This document shows, in pieces, positions 53,406 to 64,000 of a stretch of DNA of 64,000 nucleotides. The position numbers and the translations under genes are program-made. The DNA is from Octopus sinensis (Eukaryota): positions 114,204,001 through 114,268,000 of the forward strand of contig NC_042999.1 in NCBI RefSeq assembly GCF_006345805.1, written 5' to 3'. The notes beneath the pieces are model-generated. The model ran no database searches and was not told where the DNA came from. It worked only from the letters and a program-made list of their open reading frames with translations. Within the stretch, counting starts at the first letter, position 1. Each line of letters begins with the position of its first letter.

Positions 53406-56400
53406 TTAATGCAGATGTATATATGTGAGGCCTCATCTATCATTAAAAATTTCATGTGGAGTCTTTCATCCAGAAATATAGAATACTTAAGATTGGAAGC
53501 TTCTTAAATGGCATCCAGATTTACTTCTATCTTTATTAACGCTGGTAAAATGAAGTGTAAACATGTAATGATGGCATCATGAGTGGTAGAGCAAGAGTTA
53601 AACACCAAGAAAGCTGAAGCAACAGTTACAGTGATTTCTATCATCTCTGGCTAAACCCATTCTTACCTCACCTTGATAATGCCTTTAGGTAACAGATAAA
53701 ACAGCACAACATCCAATTCTTTATATATATATATAAAGTCCACAGACAAGATCCAGAGATTTTTAGTATATAAGACAGTAGTGCTTAAAAAGATTCAAAC
53801 TTGGACTCTGAAGTCTTTACAGGGGACAAGCCGCCATCATCAGAGTAGAGAAGATCTTACAGTTCAGATCTTAAAGCAGAGGAATTCAAAGAAACAGCTG
53901 TTAGACTTTAACACCTTTCTTCCACTCCTTTAATTTTCTGTCATGTGTAAACTGGATCTATTAATATAAATATCCATATATTTGTACTTAAATATTCATT
54001 GTCTGACCGTCTCCATATTTTGCTTTCTGTCATTTTTCATGTATGCATATATACATATTTTGTGTTTCATGCCCAAACTATTATATTACACTGAATATAT
54101 CTAATTTTTTTATCTGCATAATTGCTTCTCTCTCTCTCTCTCTCTCATATATATAGACCCCACTTGCCCTAACCAGAAGAAACCAGTGACAACAACAAGT
54201 ACAAAGATGAAAGTACGGAACAAACACCATTGCCTTTCTACAGTGGAGTTACCACTTGTTGGTGAGGGTGAGTGGAAAATGATGGGAGCCCAACTCACAA
54301 AAGCCTGTTTAGTTTCTTTGTAATGAACTTTTGCTGACAGTTTGAATGTGAAGAGTAGGAAAGAGTGCTTAGAAAAATTGTTCATCTGAGTGTGTGATTT
54401 TTGAAATTGCAGTTTACGTTCACTCTCATTTCTATCGACCAGTCAGTCACATTGTTTCCAATCAAATTACCTTACCAACAAACATGTAGCTCTCACTCTA
54501 TCACCTTCTTACCCCTATTATTCCAATTCTCTCTTAATGATCATTCCTCTTATCAACTCCTCACAATGGCCCACTTTCCACCCATTAGTGCAAGAAAAAA
54601 AGGAAAAACAAACTGAGACAATACAAGAAAGGAGGTACTCTCTAGTGCCAGTGCTACAATAAAACATGTTTAGTACCCCTTGTAAAGTAGTTGATGATAG
54701 GAAAAGCATCTAACCATAGAAGCCAAAAATTAATACATACGAGTGAGACATAGTTCACAACTCATCAAAAAAGGGCAGTACCTCTAATTCTGAATATGAA
54801 GTGACTTGGACTGTAAAGACTTGTCCAACCCACGCCAGCATGGAAAAACAGACATAAAATGAGGATGAGGAGAAGTAACATGTTAAAGGAGATTTGTCTC
54901 GTTAGAAGCTAATTTATTAGCAATGTGCACTTATTGCCACACAACTAATTAATGCAATGTGGGGGATCTTAACATTATCTCCTCATATCAGTCAATTATT
55001 ACACCTGTCAATTATTACACCTGTGTGATAAGAGAGCTTTAGTAAAACTGACTGGAATGCACAAAAACAGCTGTAGCAGACATCTATAATACAATTAGCT
55101 GTTTATCTATTCTTCTCTGAAGTGCATTAACAGATATGGCACTTTCACTACATTTAAATTTTGTGGAAATACTGATAGATAATTTACTTAACTGAGATAT
55201 GATACTGTCCTTGTGAAAACACTAATAGGTCGAGGTGTTGGTTTAATATTGAGTTGAAATTTCCATAAGTTTAACTGTCCATGTATAAATTGTATACGCA
55301 CACATACATATATAAGGTTAGCATGCTGGACAAAATGCTTAGCAGCAGTTCATCCATCCTTTTGTTCTAAGTTCAAATTCCACTGAGGTGACTTTGCATT
55401 TCATACTTCCGGGGACAATGAAATAAGTACCTGCTAAACACTGCGGCTGATGTAATTGACCAGACCCATCCCTGAAATTTCCAGGTCTTGTGCCTATAGT
55501 AGAAAGGAAGCACATGCACACAGACAGAGATGTGGTTTACTTCCCAAACATATTGTGTAAGGTCCAGTCACACTGCACAGCATCTTGGGTCTTCTATTAT
55601 AGCCCTGGGCTGATCAAGGCCTTGTGAGTGAATTGAGCAGACAGAAACTGAAAGAAGTCTATCACATATACATAAGTACAAACATGTGCACACACACACA
55701 TGTATGTATATGCATGTTTAAGTGTATGAGTTCTTGTGTTTATCCTTGTCTAAACATCACACAAAGGTCATAAATGAGCATCACTGTCATACAAATGAGG
55801 TTGTTTGTTCTAGTCTTCTGTGAAAAACATGCCTGGCCATGGGGAATCTCACCTTGCTTGGAAACAGGCCTGGCAACAAGAAGAACATTTCATCATCAAT
55901 CATCATTTAACGTCCGACTTCTATGCTGGCATAGGTTGGACGGTTTGATAGGAGCTGGCCAGTTAGAAGACGACCCCAGGCTACTCTGTTTTGGCATGTC
56001 TTTACAGATGGATGTCCTTCCTAACAAACCATCCTGTAGAGTGGACAGTGCTTTTTACATAGCACAAGCATAGATGAGGTCAGTTTTACCATGGTTTTTA
56101 CAGCTGGATGCCCTTCCAAACGCCAACCACTTTACAGTGTGGACCAGATGCTTTTTACGTGGCACCAGCAGGGTCACAAAGTAATTTGCAAGACAAGGAA
56201 CTCCAAGAGGGGAGAGGGCATTGGAGGAAGTGATCTTGTGTCAGATGATAGAAGGTTAGAATGTGACAGAGACAGAGAGGGAAAAACAGGTGTCTTGCTA
56301 TGTAGTAAATCACAAATCACACCTGAGCCATGCAAGTATAGAAAAGTGGATGTTAAAATGATGATGAAAGTTATATGTATATTATTTATAAAAAGATAAA

Positions 56401-56843
56401 GAAGAACATGAATGAATTTTATTTGATTAATCCTTTTCAGTACAGTTTGCTGCAAGTATCCACCAGTTACTAAAGATTTAACAATGGTCTTTTTGGGACA
56501 ATGAAGGTGGAAAAAGAAAAAAAAAAAACTTTCATCCCCCCCCCCCCCACACACTCTTTTCCCAATCCTTCACAATGAAACAGCAGACTGCTGGCCAAGT
56601 CAACATGATTTTTATTTAGACTGTTTTCTTCAGAGCATCTAGAACTCTGCAATTACAACTTAAAAAATTCACTTTCTAACACCTTTCACTTCACATACAA
56701 ATCACAGCTGTTTCTAAGAAGTATGTTAAAAAGATTGTAACATGAAGGAAATAATGCATTCCATTTAAATTCTTTTTCAAAATTTTTTTCACTTAAATTT
56801 GTAAAAATGTAAAGAACAAATTATCAAAATATCATCTACTCAC

Positions 56844-56960
56844 ATGAAATGGTAAATTGAGACGCTTTTTCACATCTAAACGATATGCTCGGAATTCATC
56901 TTCATCATGGATATTCACAGATTTCAGCCTAAGGATTTCATAACATCTTCTTGCTTGTCG
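56844..56960 (-). CDS. HAT1: HAT1 penultimate exon (117 nt, phase 0 to 0): RQARRCYEILRLKSVNIHDEDEFRAYRLDVKKRLNLPFH
   Basis: Acceptor ttttaaacag|, donor CAT|gtgagt. In frame with the previous exon. Matches recalled HAT1 'QHARRVYEILRL...YRSYRLDIKRRLISPYK'. Lies inside ORF 56832..57062. Confidence 0.95.
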
Positions 56961-57053
56961 CTGTTTAAAAATGAGTGTGAAAAAATATATATGTATACAA
57001 TCCGACTGATGTGAGCAGTAGATGTTAAAATAATGATGATGATGATATATATA

Positions 57054-58700
57054 CTGGTCCATCTCATAAATAATGCGGTTCTTTTACATTTATTTTTCAA
57101 AATTACGATAAACAATCTTCTTTTTTAATCTAAAATATACTGTAAAAGCCCGTGTTATTTGCGCACCTGTGTAATTTACGCATGGGATTTTCAAGAAAAA
57201 AATTGCCAAACCAAGCTTCTACTCCTGTAAAATTCACACCCAAAAGTTTTCAGAATTGCCAATATGGCCAGGGGGAGGTTTTCAGTTTAGTTGTGTTTAG
57301 CATAATTTCACTTATTAGATTTTATTAAATTTTCATTAAATAATAATTTCTGTTTAACAAATATCACAGCTATTAAATTACGAAGTGTTTGTGTTTATAA
57401 TAAAATGCCCACAAGAGATTATGTCCGAACTTTAGCATACTTGTATGTCTTCTCAAATTAAGATCACAGGAAAAGTTGTTGATAATTCTTATCAACAAAA
57501 ACAAAGCTGATAAATACGCACAAGTGTTGCAGAATAAGTTTAATTACCAATAAACATCAGCTTGGTTGACACTTTACTCAACCAAGAGAGGAAGGTGACC
57601 AATCAAACTGATTATATAAACAGAATTCTGTTTGGCTGAAAGTGTCTTCTTGTCTCAAGCTCTGATATTCTGCCTATTCTTGTTGGAACCTTTGATACAG
57701 AGTCAAGCAAACTTAAAAATTTGTCATTACCGTTTTAGCCAGGAGACCAAACTGATAGTTTGGTAACCTGCAAAAATAAACATTAAGAATCGAAAGGAGA
57801 AAATAAACAGCTTTGCAAGTTTAACTCTGTGTTTATTGAAGAGAGGTGCAAAATTTAAGAAGCAGCTTGTTAGAATATGCATGTCTGTGAGGAGACAGAG
57901 AAACAAGAATAGCAAAAACCTACTATACCAAAAGAACTGGTAATACTTACATTACAAGTGTTCTATGAAGAGAACACAAAATTGCTGCATAATACACTAT
58001 GAATGTGAAACGACATTAAACATTGTATAAGGTAAATGTAAGGAATGCTTAGTGAGTTTTCACGTGCAAGGATGAATTATGATGTTGTTGGCGCTAGATG
58101 CAGTAAAATATAGCCTGGACTGTGATTACCAGCATGAACATCAAACTTCAAAAAGTAGTTAACCATTTAAATTTATATAGAAAAAATAAGCATTATACAG
58201 TCCAGCATAAATAAAAGTCAACTTCATTATATTTTTTCTGTAAAAATCTATTCTGACATTAAATGAGTCAACTTCCAGTACAAATGTTTACATTTGTACA
58301 TCATTTTTCAACAAAAAAAATTTTCGAAACTATCTACTCATGTAATTTACACACCCACTAAAGTCTATTTTTTTTGTTAAAAAAGTGCGTAAATTACATG
58401 GGATTTTACGGTACTCTACTTCATTTTCTACCATGCTCTTCCATCTATCTGGTAGACTTGCAAGATCCCTCTTCCAAAATTCACTTGTCCATGACGAAAA
58501 ATACTCCTCCAGTACAGTTCTGACCTCATCTGTAGAATTCATAATTTTTCTGTCCACATCATTTTGAAAACTGTGGAATAAATGATAATCAGATGGGGCA
58601 ATGTCTGGCAAATATGGTGGGTGGGGCATCATTTCCCATTCAAACTGCTCCAGCCTTTGGAATGCCATTCTTGCTGTGTAGCTGTACATTATTCTGATGG
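57054..58700 (-). mobile_element. 3' half of a mariner, split by a pogo-like insertion
   Basis: WEMMPHPPYLPDIAPSDYHLF...LPDRWKSMVENEVEY (58414-58690) continues as ILD* at 57125-57137, followed by a TIR ending at TA 57052-57053. Confidence 0.88.
57140..58411. mobile_element. Non-autonomous pogo/Tc2-like element (CCGTA-type TIR), TA TSD
   Basis: TA|ctgtaaaagcccgtgttatttgcgcac ... gtgcgtaaattacatgggattttacgg|TA, with subterminal tgtaatttac repeats. Confidence 0.85.
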
Positions 58701-59194
58701 AAGAACATCTTTCGTCTTGAAACCAAAGGTGCAAGAGGCAAAGTTGACTTTGGAATTTGAACTCAGAATGTAAAAATGGACAAGATGTCATTAAGCATTT
58801 GCCCAGTGCACTAATGATGCTGCCAGTTTGCTGCCTTAATAATAACAATGGTTTCTAATTTAGGCACCAGGCCAGAATGTTGAGGGAAAGTGGTTAGTTA
58901 ATAACATCAATCCTACTATTTAAATGGTGTTTTATTTTACTGACCCTGGTGGGATGAAAAGTAAAATTAATCTTGGTGGAATTTGAACTCAGAATGTAGC
59001 AAGATGGCAATTTTGATGAGTGGGGAATATATCATACCATCAACTCCAGTACTTGACTGGTACTTATTAACCTGAGGAAGACAAAAGGTGAAGCTGACCT
59101 AGGTAGGATTTGAACTTAAAATGTGAAGAACCAGAAAAAAAAAAAACAAAAAAAAAAACACGGCAAAATAGCACTTTTCCTGCTAATTTAATGA

Positions 59195-59945
59195 CTATCA
59201 GCTCATTGGAGGAGCTGATTGTTTACAACTGATTCCATCGATTTTGATAGTTTGACAAGCTGATAGTTGGCAGGGTTAGAGAAACCATCTTTCTTGGGAA
59301 TGGGGCACACTGTCACATATTTCTATAGATTGGGGTAGATCACAGTAGAAAGAAATACTGAAAGAGTTTGCCAAAGGAAGGAGATAGAGTTAGTATGTAA
59401 TGCTAAGGGTTCATTATGTTGGGTTGCAATAACTGGAGATATTTTTGCAATATGGTGACTGAAGGCAAAATAGATAGGGATGAAAAGGGGAAGTATAAGA
59501 GGAGCTTTTGTAGCATGGATGTAGAAGCAAAAATCAGGAGCAAATGGTATAGAGTTATCTGCAGAAGTGCTATTAAAGAAGCTATCTTGGTTTACTCTAG
59601 CCTTCAGATTACTCTGTAAAATGTAATGCTTATTTATTCACATTCATTTTGAATTAATTAAGCAGTATCTCACAGCTTCGAGATTTTGATGATGTGATTG
59701 TTTATTTCAAAACTCACATTGTCAGGAAGGTGAGAGAGACTGGATCTGGCCAGTCTGAACATAAAATAGATAGAATAATTGGGCTGGATGTGGTTGGTTT
59801 TAATGCTAAAGGATTAAATATCTGTCGTAGAACCATTACTGATTCAGGAATGACCAATAAGATCATACACATGGAATTTCCAAGAGCTCAAGTCCAAGCT
59901 GAACTGGTTCTCAAAATTGGAGTGGCAGTAGGGGACCCAACTTAA
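59195..59945 (-). mobile_element. Decayed CR1/L2/Jockey-group LINE fragment interrupted by a piggyBac MITE (59595-59813)
   Basis: Remnant VTVCPIPKKDGFSNPANYQLVKLSKSMESVVNNQLL corresponds to the pre-RT V.PIPKK...P.NYRPI...SK.ME motif. Confidence 0.7.
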
Positions 59946-60300
59946 AAGAGAGGTTTCGTATCAACTGTCTAAAATAAGAATTTCTCATAAAACTGGATGT
60001 TAATCTGGACCTAAATATGACTAAGTGTTAATGGGTGTATATGTACATAATAACAGGAGGATCACAAATGAACATAAGATGAAATCAAATACATATTGAC
60101 ACAGCAACATAGATACCAACAATGTAATCTGCACATATTAATGTACCAACACATATACATTACCAGAGGAAAAAGATAGGCTGGTGACAACTGGAATGTT
60201 TTTGATTAATACTGATCACGAGATATACAACAATGACAACAATAAAGCAACAAATGCACAACCACTTGAATTTGAGACTGTTGTGATGATAGTTGTTTAG

Positions 60301-60535
60301 CTCTTTAGCGCTTAAATCGGCCATACCCGGCCCAAATATTCTACTCATTTTATGCTGAAACTGGCCAGATCGGGCATCTCACACCTACCCTAGAATGTCA
60401 TTCTATATATATATATATATATACATAAAAATCACATCATCAAAATCTTGAAGCTATGAAATAATGCAGAATAAATTCAACACAATGTGAATAAATAAGC
60501 ACTACATTTGACAGAATAATCTGAACACTAAAGAG
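60301..60535 (+). mobile_element. piggyBac MITE (CCCTTTAGC family), inverted relative to the copy at 59595-59813
   Basis: ttag|ctctttagc ... ctaaagag|tcaa ends; termini shared with 51419-53405. Confidence 0.75.
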
Positions 60536-60996
60536 TCAACTGTAGATGAGTTCTGTATAATCAAAGGCAATCTAATCATGTCAAAACTGTCCTTTTTAGC
60601 CCATGTGCAAGGAACCCATAACCACATTACTCAATGTGTCTTTTTTACTAAAATGGAGTGATTTGAAGAAGATTTTGCTGCTCTTTCTATTGGGTCAAGT
60701 GACATACAGAGGCTCTCTCCTTGGCATGTGTGATAGCTAAAGCAAGCAATGAGTTATGTTAGTTTATTATGAAGATAGGAAACCTAATAATTGGGACAGA
60801 GACCTTCAGTTCTCTGATGAAAAGTTGAGCACAGAACATATCAACAGAAAAAGACAGCACATATATCAACACACAGCAACATATACATGTACTGACACAC
60901 TCACATGAATGAATATAATCGACATAAACACCATTTGTACCAAACTGAAAGCTTATGTCATCAACACAACAGTAAAGCTATTAAATTGGTACTTAC

Positions 60997-61148
60997 CTTA
61001 CTCAGTTTCAGCTTTGTGCGAGCTTCTGTTGACATCTTCTCACAGAATCCACTAGACAGGTTCTCACGTTTGTAAGATGATAGTTTCATACAGTTTCGAA
61101 CATCAACAAAGTCTCGTAATCGTTGAAAGTTCTCAGAAGGATCTTCAA
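60997..61148 (-). CDS. HAT1: HAT1 internal exon (152 nt, phase 1 to 0): (V)EDPSENFQRLRDFVDVRNCMKLSSYKRENLSSGFCEKMSTEARTKLKLSK
   Basis: Acceptor attaacccag| and donor AAG|gtaagt on the minus strand. Manual translation matches recalled vertebrate HAT1 'AEDPSKSYVKLRDFVLVKLC...FSREKLMQGF...EAQQKFKINK'. Too short for the ORF track. Confidence 0.93.
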
Positions 61149-64000
61149 CTGGGTTAATATAATAAGGTTAACATATTAACACTAGCAATAAAAATCGATA
61201 TATAAATTACAAATTTATGGATAAAATTTTTAGATTTTAAACATATAATGTATCAACATTTCATATGGAAAGAGAGAGAGAGAGTTATGGGCCTACAATT
61301 TACATACAAGCAACCCGAAGCACTGGAGATTTCTTATTCTTAACCAACCAAGATCACCCCTGATCAATTAGATCTATGATCACAGGCATTTCAACCATGA
61401 CCATCACATCATTCTTTTAAATTGGTCCTCTTGTTCCTCTTTTAAAATGCGAGGTGGATAATACGGAGAAATTGTGACTGCTATTTGAAGCGGATTGAGC
61501 AGCCACATAAAACTTCCTTATGCATACACAACTCTACTGAGAGCTGAGTGTAAACTTCAATTAGCAGATAAGATGGAAAGTAGATTAAAGTGAAATGGAC
61601 ACATTAAATTTATGCTTTTGAAAGCAAAGCATTTCATTTCTTATGCCATTAGATATGAACTTAATTCTATTGTCCCATGTGGTTTCTAAACACTTTAACT
61701 TACCAGTTGATACAGATTATAATATAATAGATGTGACATTCTTGATGTTACCAACACATTTGAAATTCTTCATGACAACTTTGTACTCTTCTAGACTCCC
61801 AATAATCCATTTGCTCAAAGACTAGACTAACAACATCTTTGACAAGTTGTTATTCTACAGCTTAGATTATATAGCTGACCTGATGATAATGACATATGCT
61901 GTAAACTAAAAACTTAGCTGAAGTCACAATGTACTTTCAATCATTAATCAAAAGGCATGAATGATGGTGTAGTTACAGCCACATGGATTCACAATCCAAT
62001 GATACTGGTTTCAAATCCAATGCATGACAAGTGGTCTTCTACTTATAGGATTGGATCAACTCAAGAGTTGTAGCTGAAATTTGGTAAATGGTAAAATGTA
62101 CAGAAATCTTGTGGATGTGCATATATTACCATCATCATCTTCATCACCCTCATTTTATGTCCACTTTCTATAATGGCATGGGTTAGACAAGTTGCCATAC
62201 TTGGAATCAGAACATATTTGGAAGTACAGCCTCTATAAACAAGTTGAAAGACTGTATCTCACTCTTGGTGTCTATGGCTCACTTTACAGAGAGTATTATA
62301 TGCATGTATGAACACACATATCAACAGAAGCTAGCAGAATCAGTATGTAAAAACTCCCATAAAACCCAATGTGGTAGTAGTTCTGTCCTGATTATGTGTA
62401 TTTAACCCCTGTAGACTTTGCTCTTCATCTGTATGAGCTTACTAAAATAAGTACCTAAGTACCAGGATTGACATATATCATTATTATTGTTTAACATCCA
62501 CCTTCCATGCTGGCATGAGTTGGACAGTTTGACAGGAGCTGACCAGACAGGAGCTTGCACCAGACTTCTGTGTCCATTTTGGCAGTGCCTTTAAAGCTGG
62601 ATGCCTTTCCTAACACCAACCACCCAGCAGAGTGGACAAAATAATCAATTAAAAACCGCTTTAAGGCAGTGTCCCACTATGGCCACAATCCAATGATTAA
62701 AATCAGTAAAAGAAGAGAATTACAAATTCCTATTTCTTCTACTTGCCAAAATACAGTCTCTGCATTTAGTAAAAAACCAAACTAATACGTTGTAATAAAA
62801 AGCTTCAAAATTGGTGGAAACAATAAAGCACTGGACTTAATGTCATGCAGTTGTTAGCTCCAGGCTAACTCAGACTGAGCAGATGATGATCAAAACCATT
62901 CCAGCTGTGACCAGCCATCCTGTCTTTCTAGAAATATGTTGAATTATCTTGCTCAGTGTTTAAATTTCCCATTTTACAACAGAAAGATATCATCATGATT
63001 TGAGGAATATTTTGCTGCTGTTATTAGTAAGTAGCAGACTGAATTTCATATATATGGGAAGGCATTTCCTACAAGCACGAGCAACTCAGTAGAAATACAC
63101 TTGTTTTGCTCGACAAGGGTTTGTATCTCTAATGTCTTCTCTATGTACTTGATTCTTTGTGTGTGTGTGCGCACGCACATGAGGGAGAGAGAAGAGTAGC
63201 CACGCCTTTGACTTTCGCATGTCTCATTTCCTCCAAAACTAGGGAGACTGGTGTGGTTGACACTCAGCCTGAACACCTGAGGGTAAAATGTGGACAAGGA
63301 AGGGGAGCTAAAGGACCACTAACTAATAATTGCAACATAGTTACTGAACTAAAAAGGCATCCAGGGACCAGATGGTGGCAGTGGTAGCATTAAAATGGAT
63401 AGCATGATAGGCCTATCTACCAACCACATGGCATACAAGAAAACAAAAAAATCATGATAGGATGGAGCAAATTAGCTTCATGCTTGCAGTAAAGAAATAT
63501 GATTGTTCCAATGTCATTGGTGAAAAATATTAGCAAATGGACTTTTTAACAAAGCTGAGACTAAGATCTCATCATTGAATGTGTCAAACCAACACATACA
63601 GTTTAGTGTTCCAGTGTCCTAACAACACTGCTCCACCCCTGACCAACACACACAAAATAACAGGCTGGTCAGTGGCCTGCTGGCTTGTTTCCTTTTAAAT
63701 ATATTTTTAAACACACATCAAGAAATTAATAGTTGCATATCGAAGGTGTTGTCGGTTTAATGTGGGATAGTATTTCAGGTAGCCAACCTCTATGCCATCA
63801 GTCACATCAAGCAGAAGCTGATCAACAATGACAAAACATTCCCACAATAAGAATACTAATCCAATACACTACTAAATAGGCTGCTTTATGTGACAGGTGT
63901 CACAGCAGACTGGGGTTACTGAACAACAGAACAAAGCTTAGAGAAGAAAACAGAATAAAGAAGTTGGACATGTATCAAATGTTAAAGATAATGACTGGGG

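Noticed and set aside
56470-56646. Phase-0 frame SSRCSEENSL... ~200 bp after the HAT1 donor
   Set aside because: Weak pyrimidine tract, runs through poly-G/poly-T, and has no HAT1 resemblance.
58330-58848. 172-aa ORF as a SETMAR-like domesticated gene
   Set aside because: Chance chimera of SINE, partial mariner and pogo TIR; lacks the DNA-binding domain and the first catalytic residues.
63046-63276. Minus-strand frame with an acceptor and QRIKYIEKTLEIQTLVEQ, vaguely like a HAT1 terminal helix
   Set aside because: It lies upstream of exon 61148 in a phase-1 intron but is open in phase 0, contains microsatellite sequence, and the similarity is weak. It is not the expected upstream SQMLIL...LDIT exon.

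Overview
AT-rich, repeat-saturated animal genomic DNA. The SINE, RTE-LINE and microsatellite content points to a coleoid cephalopod, probably Octopus (inference). The only confidently identified host gene is the 3' part of HAT1 (histone acetyltransferase type B catalytic subunit) on the minus strand: exons 60997-61148, 56844-56960 and a terminal exon at 27808-28131. The 5' exons lie beyond the right edge of the window. That terminal exon adds an unusual Ser-rich, basic and His/Lys-rich tail. The ~28.7 kb last intron holds further phase-0 candidate terminal exons (40844-41041, 33541-33594) that echo the HAT1 C-terminal helix, suggesting a duplicated alternative-last-exon array; this is the main lead and is unverified. 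The rest is TE debris: tRNA-derived SINEs, RTE/CR1/Tx1-like LINE fragments, mariner/maT, piggyBac elements with their MITEs, pogo/Tigger and hAT MITEs, and Penelope-like fold-backs, one with a minimal hammerhead-like motif. No prokaryotic genes, CRISPR, rRNA or intact tRNA genes were seen. Protein comparisons use recalled sequences, not database searches.
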